64,000 nucleotides of DNA from Promethearchaeota archaeon (GCA_048938105.1 JBHLMN010000017.1:64001-128000), one strand, 5' to 3'. Shown: positions 19,994-30,146, numbered from the stretch's first letter. The notes: a model not told the origin generated them from the sequence alone. Numbers and translations: made by a program.

Positions 19994-21784
19994 TCATGTA
20001 TCCTGTGATTGTTCCACAATTTCTTGAGCAACCGTGATATATTCTTTTAATTCTTTCATTCTCCTGATTTCATTCATTTCAATAAATAATTCAGGATTTA
20101 GAATCAGAATCTTTGCTACTTCAACAAGTCTGTCTCTTGACTTAGCTTTATAGAAATGCTTAATGGCGTTTGTATAATCACTATTCTTTAGAGCTTCTTC
20201 ACCTCTCAGTAAAGCTTGATGACGGATAACACGACGATTGTACAAATATGCTGCAGCAATTAAACCAAATACTAAAGAGGAACCCAGTAAAAGCTCCACA
20301 ACAGGGAATGGAGCGGGAGCAGAACTTGTAATGAGTTTAAAAACCTCACTTGAAGCAGTGTTATTATTTTTATCATTAATCAAGACTTGTGCTGAATAAT
20401 TTGATTCTGCTTGTAGATTTTCAAGAATAAAGATGTGGATCGAGAGATATTTTTGATTAATCTTGCTATTTTCACCAAGAGATTCTAATCCATATTTGAT
20501 ATTAGCTCTGACTGGTTCATTAGCGACTATTGAAATATTATAACTATTATAGGACAGCTTGATAGGATAAAGCTCAGAAATAATAGGTGGAGTAAGATCT
20601 GATCCAAGGATTGATATAATCTTTCCATTAAGAGTCCCTATGATTAAATCAACTATTGTGTCATTATTCAGGTTAGTAGCTAGTACAAAAGATAGTTGCT
20701 CTTGAGCTACTTGTTTATAGTGGACTGTATTTCCAGTGGTTTGATTAAGGACAAAAACATGACCAGAAGCTGTACAAACAACAAGATCATTTTTCAGATC
20801 TCCTGTGAACTCAATCGAGAGCATATTAGTGATATAACCTGGGATATCAGTGTTATTCCATAAGATTGCTTTATCTGAAACTCGAACAGCAACCAGTTCT
20901 CCATTATTTTTCGATAAGAATACCGTATCATTATCTCGATCAATTATTTGTATTGATTTATAGGTAAGAAGACCATAATATCCCGAATAATCGATTGAAC
21001 TTGTCTGTAAATCCAAGAAGATTACTCCATTTTCATAGCTATATGCAATCACTAGATTTAAGTATAGATCTATTGCCAAAACTTGATTATCACCAATACT
21101 TTCGTTCCATAAATCGTCTGTTCCATTAAATACGTATATCTCTCCTGATCGAGTCCCTACTAACGAATAACTTTCTTTAGTCACGATTATTGTAATTTCA
21201 GACGAAGTTGTATGGTTTGCATCCTCAACCCCTTCTGGAGTTAACCACGAAATTACCTTGTTATCTCCACCCGTAACAATGTAGAAGGGGATATCTGGAT
21301 TGTATGGAGCTTCTACTAGTACTAAACTTGATATGGCTAATGACCCAAGAGATTTTGTCCATAAAACTTGGCCAATCATGGAAATTTCAAATATGGTACC
21401 ATTAGAAAGTGAAACGTAGACACCAGATACTTCCTGTTTCCGTAAGGAATTGGGTATTAATTTCCATATGAAAACCTCTTCATTCTTCTCCAATCCAAAA
21501 GATTTATTCCAAATAATTTCATTCTTATTATAATTAAATGCTATTATTCGTGAATGAAACCCTAAAATGAATATAAAGTCACCCTTGGAGATATTACTAC
21601 CTATTTGTACAATCCCAGACACAGGTTCATCCTCTTGGATATGTACGTTTACATTTTGGTCCTCAGTGAGAAATTTTGATATAAGAAATGAATTTGAAAG
21701 CTCGACAGGATGTAATGGAGAAATTAAAGACAATCCAAGCGTGAAGATAATACAATTAATTACAAGTGAATTTCTAATATTCAC
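19994..21784 (-). CDS. Single-pass membrane protein: PQQ/FG-GAP-like beta-propeller + FN3-like domain + TM + cytoplasmic TPR-like tail
   Basis: Signal peptide, W-ending blade repeats (IIWNK, VLWTK, DLWNE, ILWNN), FG-GAP-like NLNNDTIVDLIIGT, FN3-like LENLQAESNY, TM at PFPVVELLLG..., then GEEALKNSDYTNAIKHFYKA. Confidence 0.72.
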   Translation of the reverse strand: MNIRNSLVINCIIFTLGLSLISPLHPVELSNSFLISKFLTEDQNVNVHIQEDEPVSGIVQIGSNISKGDFIFILGFHSRIIAFNYNKNEIIWNKSFGLEKNEEVFIWKLIPNSLRKQEVSGVYVSLSNGTIFEISMIGQVLWTKSLGSLAISSLVLVEAPYNPDIPFYIVTGGDNKVISWLTPEGVEDANHTTSSEITIIVTKESYSLVGTRSGEIYVFNGTDDLWNESIGDNQVLAIDLYLNLVIAYSYENGVIFLDLQTSSIDYSGYYGLLTYKSIQIIDRDNDTVFLSKNNGELVAVRVSDKAILWNNTDIPGYITNMLSIEFTGDLKNDLVVCTASGHVFVLNQTTGNTVHYKQVAQEQLSFVLATNLNNDTIVDLIIGTLNGKIISILGSDLTPPIISELYPIKLSYNSYNISIVANEPVRANIKYGLESLGENSKINQKYLSIHIFILENLQAESNYSAQVLINDKNNNTASSEVFKLITSSAPAPFPVVELLLGSSLVFGLIAAAYLYNRRVIRHQALLRGEEALKNSDYTNAIKHFYKAKSRDRLVEVAKILILNPELFIEMNEIRRMKELKEYITVAQEIVEQSQDT

Positions 21785-23790
21785 TTCTGATTCCCTTTAT
21801 TTGATTTTTTTAGAGTATATATCCGTTTTAGGAACAATAATCCAAGAATAGGGTAGAAAATCTCGAATCCAGTATGGCTACTAGTTGGGGGAGGTTCACT
21901 AGTCATTGAAGTTGAGGTAGTACTCGAGCTTGGAGCAGTCATTGCAGCAATGGTATAATATGTAAAATTGTTGATGATTCCACAACCATACCACTTGGGA
22001 AAATCTGTGAAAGTAAAATAGAGTATAGTACCGATGTACAATGAGGCGGATTCTGGCATAGTGTTCAATTCAGAAGATATTTTATTAATAACGAATTTTG
22101 TAATATCATAAACCAGGTCAAATTCCACCTTAAAATATTCTTTAGCCACATTACTGATGGGCCAATCAAATGGAGTGAAAACAGTGATTAATGAAGGATT
22201 GACTCCTTTTTGGTTATGAAATTCACAAGTAAAATAAGTATAGCCACCCATATATAGATTTATTTCATCTGGTTGAGTATTGTATTCTGGATTCACGACA
22301 TCAATCCCAAAGGTTGTTGTTGTGGTTGTTACTGTCAAACCAAAGCCATTATCCATTTGTATTCGTTCTCTAGCATCATCCTCCATATAAAATGTGGATT
22401 CAGGTAGATAAATTGTGACATTATTTTGAATGGTTCCACCCCCTGGAGATGGTGTCCCTACGAGATCATTTGGAACTTCAAGAGTGTAACTGGGAACAGC
22501 AGCAAATGGTGTATGGTTCCAGGCCCCGCTAGGAATAGAATCCTCGGTTATTAGAAGGAAGCTAGTTTCACCAATATCATAATGAGCTGTCAATCTTCCT
22601 TTGATGTAACTGAATTTACCTGAAATTTCTATTGTCTCAAACACATAATTAAACGAGACGAAATCGAGAACAGTAGCAGCGTAGATATCCTGGCCAAAAA
22701 TTACACCCCTCGTATCATCCTTAATATGTTGATCGTTTCCAAAGACATCTACACCTTTGACGGGAAGATTAACTTCTTGCCACAAGACGAACATATTTGT
22801 ATAATTGATACCGAAATTGAAGCCATTAGTTGTTTCCTCAAAACTGGGTTTATAATTGAAGGGAGTAATCTGATAAGTTTGGTTATTTAATCTCAATAAT
22901 TCATTCACAGCATCAATCAATTCTTGCGTAGTAATGGTATAACCTAAATACAGGGAATCATTCTCATCCATTTCTCGATCTGTTAAATTTGAAGAATAAG
23001 CCATTAAAGACATAAAATTATTGGTGACAAAGACATCTTCATCCCAAGGTGTGATATAATGCTGAATTAACTGTTGAAAAGGAGTACTGGCATTAATGCG
23101 GAAAATACTTGTGTTCAGAGCCTCATGAAAAGCAGGGGTGGCATAAAAAACGTTGTAATCATTTTCATCTAATAAACTACCAAAAGTAAGATTGTTTTCT
23201 ACCTTCTCTAATGCGGTATAAAAGGTGTCAATTCCAGAGTCATTTATGAAAACAGTATAGAATTGGTCATCCTTAAGCTTATTCGAATCATTGGTCAATG
23301 CATTCTCATACAACAGATCACGAATTAAATTAGGTTCTGTATTTTCAGGTACAGCTAGATCTACCTCGACCGCGAAGCAATGCTCACTAAAACAATGTCC
23401 AACGAAATCAGTGTCTTGGGTAGGGGAAGGAGAACGAATAACCACAGTAATATCTTGAGACACTACATTATTAGAATAATCAGTTATTTCTAAAGTAAAA
23501 ATAATCACCTCTCCTGGTGGTTCAGGACTACGAGTAAAGTTCAAAACACTGGATCTTATTCTACCAGATTCCACTTCTTCCCCATCTCGTTTAAGAACGT
23601 AATAATTAGGATTATCGTCAATAAGAATATATGTTAATGTAAATGGTTTGTTGGCATCTACCTCGATCACTGATTTAGGAACATATATAATTGGAACTAA
23701 AGAATCAGGGCGCGATTCACTTCTTAATCCATTTAAGCTAAGTAGTAAAAATAGAAAACAGAAAAACAGAATCTTCTTTAATAACTTCAT
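21781..23790 (-). CDS. Secreted surface glycoprotein with N-terminal Ig-like module and C-terminal anchor
   Basis: Signal peptide, DDNPNYYVLKRDG...FTLEITDYSNN Ig-like unit, many N-x-S/T sequons, S/T linker + TGFE + TM + Lys tail. 4-nt overlap with the next gene. Confidence 0.7.
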   Translation of the reverse strand: MKLLKKILFFCFLFLLLSLNGLRSESRPDSLVPIIYVPKSVIEVDANKPFTLTYILIDDNPNYYVLKRDGEEVESGRIRSSVLNFTRSPEPPGEVIIFTLEITDYSNNVVSQDITVVIRSPSPTQDTDFVGHCFSEHCFAVEVDLAVPENTEPNLIRDLLYENALTNDSNKLKDDQFYTVFINDSGIDTFYTALEKVENNLTFGSLLDENDYNVFYATPAFHEALNTSIFRINASTPFQQLIQHYITPWDEDVFVTNNFMSLMAYSSNLTDREMDENDSLYLGYTITTQELIDAVNELLRLNNQTYQITPFNYKPSFEETTNGFNFGINYTNMFVLWQEVNLPVKGVDVFGNDQHIKDDTRGVIFGQDIYAATVLDFVSFNYVFETIEISGKFSYIKGRLTAHYDIGETSFLLITEDSIPSGAWNHTPFAAVPSYTLEVPNDLVGTPSPGGGTIQNNVTIYLPESTFYMEDDARERIQMDNGFGLTVTTTTTTFGIDVVNPEYNTQPDEINLYMGGYTYFTCEFHNQKGVNPSLITVFTPFDWPISNVAKEYFKVEFDLVYDITKFVINKISSELNTMPESASLYIGTILYFTFTDFPKWYGCGIINNFTYYTIAAMTAPSSSTTSTSMTSEPPPTSSHTGFEIFYPILGLLFLKRIYTLKKSNKGNQK

Positions 23791-24095
23791 GGGTTCTAGC
23801 TCATTAGCTATTTCTAGCAGTACTTGACATTAATCGTTATTTATTAAGTATTCTATTTTTCTTGCTTAGTTAAGGAGATAGCTCAATTCCACTAAACTTC
23901 TTTTTTTCTTGATTCAGATATTGAAAATACCTTAAAATTAGTAGATTTTACACATTTTTTAACAAGAAGATAGTTCTATCAGCTATCTGATTCTCAGGTC
24001 ATTAAAAAGAATTCACCTCTAATAAAAGTAAATAGCTCTATTTTCTAAGAGATGAATTTCTAATGTACCTCGAAACCAATCAGAATGGAGAAACG

Positions 24096-24461
24096 ATGGA
24101 TCGCTTGCATGAAATCGCGAGAATACTTCATGAACTCCAATCACGGATTCCTGACTTAGAAGGAGTCGCAGTTGTCTCTCGAGAGGGATTATCAATAGCT
24201 AGTGCGTTATTTACTACTGTTGATGAAGATCGAATAGGTGCTATGACAGCTGCCAGTCTTTCTTTATCAGATCGAATTGTCCTAGAATTAGAACGAGGCA
24301 TTATGGATCAGGTAATTATTACAGGGACAGATGGTTTAGTGATTATTCGCGAGGCTGGTGAACATGCAGTATTAGTAGGTATAGCTAAGACAAATGCCAA
24401 ATTAGGTCTGGTTCTCCTTGATATTAAACGAGCTGCTAAAAGGCTCGCTGGTCTGATTTAA
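24096..24461 (+). CDS. Roadblock/LC7 (MglB-like) domain protein
   Basis: IPDLEGVAVVSREGLSIASAL...DEDRIGAMTAASLSLSDRIVLELERG...AKLGLVLLDIKRAA. ATG 24096 follows GGAG. Confidence 0.92.
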   Translation: MDRLHEIARILHELQSRIPDLEGVAVVSREGLSIASALFTTVDEDRIGAMTAASLSLSDRIVLELERGIMDQVIITGTDGLVIIREAGEHAVLVGIAKTNAKLGLVLLDIKRAAKRLAGLI

Positions 24462-24474
24462 CCAGGTGTTCTGA

Positions 24475-25101
24475 ATGAGTTTTTTCAATTCAATTCGTTC
24501 TAATCCTAATAAACCATTAAAATTAGTAGTTCTAGGCGAGGGAGGAGTGGGTAAGACGACAATTGCAAAGACTTTTGTCAATAACAGGTTTTACTCTGAA
24601 GCAACACAGACCATTGCTGTAGAATTCCATTCAAAGATTTTTTCAATAGGGATAGGTACTAACACAAAAATCCAAATCTGGGATCTAGGTGGACAAGAGC
24701 AATTTAAAAACATGAGAACTGTTTTCAGAAAATTCTGTGAAGGTGCGGATGGAGCTCTTCTGTGTTTTGATTTAACTGATATTGGATCTTTGTTTGCAAT
24801 TCCAGAATGGTTAGAATTCTTAGAAAACGATGCACAACGGTTCTTAATCGGGACAAAATATGATATTGCAATCTTTGAAGAACGAAACATCAATCTTGAA
24901 ACCTTTCAACAGAAATTTAATTGTGAATATTCCTTTAAATGTACAGCAAAAGATGTTAACTCAATAGAAAACATATTTAAACAGATTATAATCTCAATTA
25001 GAAATTACAAGGAAAAGCAGCTTGAGGGGTTATCAGAGAAAGTCATAGAGCGTCCTAAATGGATGGATTATATCCCAACATACCATAAAGAATTCGGATA
25101 A
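24475..25101 (+). CDS. Rab-like small GTPase
   Basis: G1 GEGGVGKT, G2 TIAVEF, G3 WDLGGQ, G4 GTKYD, G5 CTAK. No C-terminal cysteine motif. Confidence 0.9.
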   Translation: MSFFNSIRSNPNKPLKLVVLGEGGVGKTTIAKTFVNNRFYSEATQTIAVEFHSKIFSIGIGTNTKIQIWDLGGQEQFKNMRTVFRKFCEGADGALLCFDLTDIGSLFAIPEWLEFLENDAQRFLIGTKYDIAIFEERNINLETFQQKFNCEYSFKCTAKDVNSIENIFKQIIISIRNYKEKQLEGLSEKVIERPKWMDYIPTYHKEFG

Positions 25102-25203
25102 GAGGTAACCCTCAATTATGATATTGTATTTAGGAAGACTTGTTAGAAGGAAAGTGAAAAGCAATACCTTTTAATAAATCAATTTTCTTTTCCTTTCAAA
25201 CAC

Positions 25204-26451
25204 ATGAAGGCCGATATTTTTAATTTAACGAGAATAACGTATGTTATAGTCCTTGGTGCTAGCATCACTAACCTCGCTGCAGGATTACTTGAACCTACGG
25301 TCGCACCATATTTGGAAATCCTCGGTGCAAGCTCTCAAGAAATTGGTACGATTTTAAGTGCGCGTTATTTAGTTGTTGCGATTGCATCTCTGCCACTCGC
25401 CCTTTTTGCGTCGCAAATAGGGCTTAAACGATTTTTGTATCTTTCAGCAATTGGTATGGTTATTGGGGGAATAATTCTATTTTCGATTGAAGGAAAAACC
25501 GCTATATTTTGGTTCTATTTGTCTATTGGCTTCGCAAGTGCCATTTTTAGCGGACCAGGGGCGGCTTTGATCGCTGAAAATACTGGTACAAAACGAATAG
25601 CAGCATTTAGCCTGTTTTTTGCGACTTGGATGATCCCAACTGCTCTTGGGGCATTAATATCGACCATTTGGTTTTGGGATATCCTTGAATATACTCCTGA
25701 AAATTTGACGAGTATTTTTCCTCTAGCGGTTTTTGTGATAATAGGAGGAAGTGTGGTTTTTATTGGTTTAATGCTTTTCGTCAATCACAAAGGAAGTACA
25801 GAAGAACTATCGACTGTTTCTGTTATCGATCAAGTTCCTATTAAGAATCAATTTCAAATATTATTCAGTCCTGTTATTGCTTTACCTTTAACTTTATTAA
25901 TTTTCTCGGAATTCTTATCAGGTGCAGGAGCAGGGTCTAGTCTTCCATATTTAACCCCCTATTTAAAAAGTATTGGCGCAACTCCAGGAGAGCTGTCCAT
26001 ATTAGTTTTTGTAATGAATGTTTTTATGGGTATAGCTACTCAATTATCTCCCATTTTAGCTAAGCGTTTTGGAGATTTGCGTGTCTTTTCCGTAACAATG
26101 ATTTTATCAGTTTCTTGTTTATTAGGAATTGTTTTTTCAACTGATTTACTTATATCAGCTTTATTTTTCATCTTCCGGGGTACTTTCGCAAATATGAACG
26201 CGCCAATAACCTCATCTCGGATGTTAACCTTCATTGAAACACGAGTACGAGCAACTGGTGTTGCAACTACTTCTACAGTCCGATGGATTGGCTGGAGTCT
26301 ATTTTCACCAATTTCAGGTGGAATAATTGACCTTTACGGATACAACATCGCGTTTACTTTCACCTCTATCATTTATATCATTGTTTTAGTGATTTTTGTC
26401 CGTGTGATCCAACGATATAAGAGTTTAGAAGAAATGAAAAACAGTGAGTAA
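25204..26451 (+). CDS. MFS transporter
   Basis: 12 TM pattern; ASQIGLKR and LAKRFGDLR loop motifs. Confidence 0.88.
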   Translation: MKADIFNLTRITYVIVLGASITNLAAGLLEPTVAPYLEILGASSQEIGTILSARYLVVAIASLPLALFASQIGLKRFLYLSAIGMVIGGIILFSIEGKTAIFWFYLSIGFASAIFSGPGAALIAENTGTKRIAAFSLFFATWMIPTALGALISTIWFWDILEYTPENLTSIFPLAVFVIIGGSVVFIGLMLFVNHKGSTEELSTVSVIDQVPIKNQFQILFSPVIALPLTLLIFSEFLSGAGAGSSLPYLTPYLKSIGATPGELSILVFVMNVFMGIATQLSPILAKRFGDLRVFSVTMILSVSCLLGIVFSTDLLISALFFIFRGTFANMNAPITSSRMLTFIETRVRATGVATTSTVRWIGWSLFSPISGGIIDLYGYNIAFTFTSIIYIIVLVIFVRVIQRYKSLEEMKNSE

Positions 26452-26769
26452 TGAAATATTTTAATATCGTGAAGATTTTTCTCTTCTTATCAGTTTAAAG
26501 ATTTTTAAACAATAATGAAATTGATTTCATGAGTGTTATTGAAAAAATATGTTTTGACTGATCTAATGTGTAAATAATCCTAGGTGGTTCTTCTCCACTT
26601 AATGTTCTTAATGCCTGTTCCAATTCGAGTGAAATTAAGCTGTCATCTGTAGGTACCCAAAAATAATACTTTTGATCGACTCTGAAATTCTTTGAGTTTT
26701 ACTTTATCCATTCATATTTTCTGGTAAGAAATCGAAAAAATCATATGTCTATCTCATCCACAGGAATAA

Positions 26770-28158
26770 TTGATGCGAATGTCTGATTCATCATTAATAG
26801 ATGTCATGAGAAGAGCTGAAACAGGCCCAATTTGTCTGGAAAAGGATTTTGATAGAAATAAATTAAGAATAAAACTCCAAGAGGTTATAAAAGAGTATAA
26901 TATCTCATATAATCCAGATTTTTTAATTCCGAATGATAATGACTTAGCGGACGCGCTGTTTAATGCTGCATTGGATCTTTATCTGGAAATAGGTACCTTA
27001 TGTGTGAGTACACACCGACAAATCAAGTTTGAAGAAACAGAAATCAAGGTAGCTTTACAGAATGCAGCTAAACATGTTATATTTGGTGAGGGGTCTGATA
27101 CAAGAGAAATGGCACCTCGAAAGATAGAAGATCAAACTCCTCCTCTTTGCTTAACTTCAGGTGGAGGTGAAATCTCTGAAGACATCTACGTTCAAGTAGT
27201 TCAGAGTTACGCACAAAATTCCCTAGCTGACACTATAAGTGGTGGATGTCCATTGCACACCATTTTTGGTATTGCTCCCAAAGCAGGTACTCCTGCAGAA
27301 GTATTAGCATCTATGTACAATGTTATCTATTCAAAAGAGGGAGCAAAAAGAGCAGGTCGTCCTTTGATAGGTTTTCATAATCTACTCGGAACTGCTCTCT
27401 CAGCAGCAGGGTATATCTCCGCAAGTCAACCCGAACTTGGTGTTAGACCTGTTGATGGAAACCTCATTGCTTCTCTTGCTGAACTTAAAACGGATTACAA
27501 TCAGCTTACTAAAGCCTTATATTACTCTCAGCGAAAAAATGTCCTGTCAGGAGCTGTATACGTACCATTGATGGGAGGATACGGTGGAGGGCCTGAAGGA
27601 ACTGCAATTGTCACTCTAGCACACCATCTGCAAGGACTTCTTGTCCACGATGTTTCTTATGCAGACTTTCCAGTTACCCATCTAAGGTATTCTTGTAGTA
27701 CAGCGCGAGAATCCTTATGGGTCGCTAGTATCGTTGGCCAGGCACTTAGTCGAAATACTCATCTCTTAACTGCTACTGAAGCCATCACTGCTGCTGGTCC
27801 CTGTACAGAAATGTGTTTACTAGAGGTTGCAGCAAGTTCGATTGTTGGTACCGTTTCAGGTATTCATATAAATAACGCATCTGCAACAAAAAGTCAATAT
27901 CTCGATCGTGAAACAGGTATGGAAGCTAGAATAGGCTGTGAAGTCGGCCATGCAACCACAGGTTTGAAAAGAACTGATGCAAACGAGTTAGTGACCCAAC
28001 TTGTTGCTAAATATGAGCAGAAGCTAGGAAATCCACCCCTTGGCCATAGGTTTCAAGAATGTTATGATATAAATACTGTAAAACCTTCTAAAGAGTATTT
28101 AAATGTTTATAAACGGGTAAGAAAAGTATTACAAGAGCTGGGACTCAATTTAGAGTGA
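26770..28158 (+). CDS. mtmB: Monomethylamine:corrinoid methyltransferase MtmB homologue, pyrrolysine-free (His at Pyl site)
   Basis: GPIC.EKDFD, AGRP, ELKTD, PLMGGYGGGPEGTAIV, AGPCTEMCLLE, TGMEARI, FQECYD..TVKPS.EY. No in-frame TAG. Confidence 0.88.
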   Translation: MMRMSDSSLIDVMRRAETGPICLEKDFDRNKLRIKLQEVIKEYNISYNPDFLIPNDNDLADALFNAALDLYLEIGTLCVSTHRQIKFEETEIKVALQNAAKHVIFGEGSDTREMAPRKIEDQTPPLCLTSGGGEISEDIYVQVVQSYAQNSLADTISGGCPLHTIFGIAPKAGTPAEVLASMYNVIYSKEGAKRAGRPLIGFHNLLGTALSAAGYISASQPELGVRPVDGNLIASLAELKTDYNQLTKALYYSQRKNVLSGAVYVPLMGGYGGGPEGTAIVTLAHHLQGLLVHDVSYADFPVTHLRYSCSTARESLWVASIVGQALSRNTHLLTATEAITAAGPCTEMCLLEVAASSIVGTVSGIHINNASATKSQYLDRETGMEARIGCEVGHATTGLKRTDANELVTQLVAKYEQKLGNPPLGHRFQECYDINTVKPSKEYLNVYKRVRKVLQELGLNLE

Positions 28159-28167
28159 GTTCAGTAA

Positions 28168-28668
28168 TCAAATTTTTGAAAGAAGAGTTATAAACTCTTC
28201 CTTATCAAAGGATTCATTCAGATCTAAAGTCAGAGGAGGAGAAAAGACAGGATCTATTCGATAAAAATCTGGTATAGCTAAAATATTCTTATCATGGGTT
28301 GCTATTTTCACGACATTCCTGTCCTTCATCGTTGCTAAGATTGATGCATCTCGTCCTCCAATCCCATGGATTCGATAATCTCCTAAGAGAGTCATTGATT
28401 CTGCTAAAAGCCGCACATCAAAATCTGCAAGAATTACATTCTTAAGAGCAATGATTCCTAATGCTGCATTATAAGCTGTAGTAAAATCTACAGAAGGCTT
28501 CTTAGAAATAGAATGCAGTACTTCTAATGGGATTATAGTGTTTAATACTATCTGTTCCTGGGATTGAAGAACTCCGTCCTTACCCCTTAACCAGCTTTTT
28601 ACATTCTTTGATTCTGGTGCATAGGGATCATAATTATAAATCCAAATCATTGAATCAATAGTGATCAC
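28168..28668 (-). CDS. vapC: VapC-like PIN-domain toxin
   Basis: IDSMIWIY, LEVLH, GGRDASILATM, IATHDKN acidic PIN residues. Confidence 0.85.
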   Translation of the reverse strand: MITIDSMIWIYNYDPYAPESKNVKSWLRGKDGVLQSQEQIVLNTIIPLEVLHSISKKPSVDFTTAYNAALGIIALKNVILADFDVRLLAESMTLLGDYRIHGIGGRDASILATMKDRNVVKIATHDKNILAIPDFYRIDPVFSPPLTLDLNESFDKEEFITLLSKI

Positions 28669-28679
28669 CTTGAAATCCC

Positions 28680-28913
28680 TCAGAACAACTTTTCGAATTT
28701 GATTGGTGAATTTGTTTCTTGTTTCAGGGATTCGCTGATATTATCGGAGAGATTCTCAAACTCTTTAGCTGAAAGGACTTTTTTTATAAGCAGAAAATCT
28801 TTAATTATCGATAAGTTCAGTTCTACTCCAGCTGTTAATCCTAACTTTTTTCGCAATTCTCGCGGGATAGTAATTCTACCTTTTTCATCAATTGAAACTT
28901 TCATAAATACCAC
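28680..28913 (-). CDS. AbrB/MazE/SpoVT-family antitoxin
   Basis: IDEKGRITIPRELRKKLGLTAG, directly upstream of the PIN gene. Confidence 0.88.
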   Translation of the reverse strand: MVFMKVSIDEKGRITIPRELRKKLGLTAGVELNLSIIKDFLLIKKVLSAKEFENLSDNISESLKQETNSPIKFEKLF

Positions 28914-28962
28914 TAAGTGGGCCGAGGTGGGAATTCATTAAAATTTTTCTGTATGGTCTTAA

Positions 28963-29490
28963 CTAGAGAAACTCCGTTAAAGTCTTTTTTTGTGATTCTA
29001 AAGCCAAGAGCTTTTCTTTTCTCCACAGTCCTCCACCATATCCATGTAATTTTCCATTACTAGCAATCACACGATGACAAGGGACAACAATAGCAACGGG
29101 ATTATTCCCATTTGCTCGCCCAACTGCTCGGGAGGCAGATGATTTGCCTATTGTTTTTGCTATCTCTCCATAGGATCTAGTTTCTCCATAAGGAATCTTT
29201 TGTAATGCGTTCCAAACAGAGGTTTCAAAAGGAGTGCCTCGTAAATCTAGTGGAATAGAAAAATCACGTAATTTCCCGTTAAAATATTCTTTCAGCTCAA
29301 TTTCAAGCTTATCAAGAATCGGATGTGATCCTTCAATGCAATCAAGTCGGTACCATTTTTTGTATCGTGTTTTAATGTTGAATAAGTCATGCCTATCTTT
29401 GAATTCAAGAAGACAACAGCCTTTAGAGGTTGTACCAACGATTAAGTCACCTAAAGGGCTATCCAAATATCGATAGACTAGTTTAGACAT
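28963..29490 (-). CDS. ogt: Methylated-DNA--protein-cysteine methyltransferase (Ogt/AdaB)
   Basis: SPLGDL, GTPFETSVW, IPYGETRSYG, RAVGRANGNNP, active-site VPCHRV, GYGGGLWRK. ATG 29490 overlaps the adaA stop. Confidence 0.95.
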   Translation of the reverse strand: MSKLVYRYLDSPLGDLIVGTTSKGCCLLEFKDRHDLFNIKTRYKKWYRLDCIEGSHPILDKLEIELKEYFNGKLRDFSIPLDLRGTPFETSVWNALQKIPYGETRSYGEIAKTIGKSSASRAVGRANGNNPVAIVVPCHRVIASNGKLHGYGGGLWRKEKLLALESQKKTLTEFL

Positions 29491-30025
29491 GGCGAGTCTC
29501 TCCAGGAGGGTGTCCAAATTCTTTAGAGAAAGCAGTTCTGAACCCACTATTGGACTTATATCCACAATGAGATGGGAGCTTTTTAACCCTCATTCCTTTT
29601 CTGAGTAATTCTTTTGCGTAAGCTAAGCGAAGTTTACGGTGAAATGCCATTGGAGTTAACTGATAATGATTTTTGAAATGCCGTCTAATAGTAGAGATCT
29701 CTACTCCTGAAATCCGAATCAAAGTTTTCTCATCAATTCTCTTTGAAACATTCCTTTTCATATAAGAAAGAACCTTTTCCAACCAATTAGGAACATTATT
29801 GGGAAATAAATCTGGTTTACATCGTTTACAGCTTCGATATCCTGCAACAATTGCTTCTTCTCTCGTTGAAAAGAATACCATGTTTTTCTCCAATGACAAT
29901 CTTGCTTTACATGAAGGAAGACAGAATATTTTCATCGTCCGCACCCCCACATAAAAATATCCATCGTATGAAGCATCACGTCTTATTCGTGCACTAACCA
30001 TTTCTTCATACGTAAGTTTTTTCAT
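29483..30025 (-). CDS. adaA: AdaA-like methylphosphotriester methyltransferase / AraC-type regulator
   Basis: RDASYDGYFYVGVRT.KIFCLPSC...AGYRSCKRCKP (four Zn-ligand Cys) plus AraC HTH (CGYKSNSGFRTAF). ATG 30025 follows AAGGAG. Confidence 0.9.
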   Translation of the reverse strand: MKKLTYEEMVSARIRRDASYDGYFYVGVRTMKIFCLPSCKARLSLEKNMVFFSTREEAIVAGYRSCKRCKPDLFPNNVPNWLEKVLSYMKRNVSKRIDEKTLIRISGVEISTIRRHFKNHYQLTPMAFHRKLRLAYAKELLRKGMRVKKLPSHCGYKSNSGFRTAFSKEFGHPPGETRHV

Positions 30026-30146
30026 GATGAGAACTCCTTTCACGATTATTTTAAACATTGTGCCTATTTTCGAGCAAGTAATTCGATATCACATGAATTC
30101 AGGATTTTCTTTTAATGAATAGAATGTGCAATGTAAAAAAAGATTA

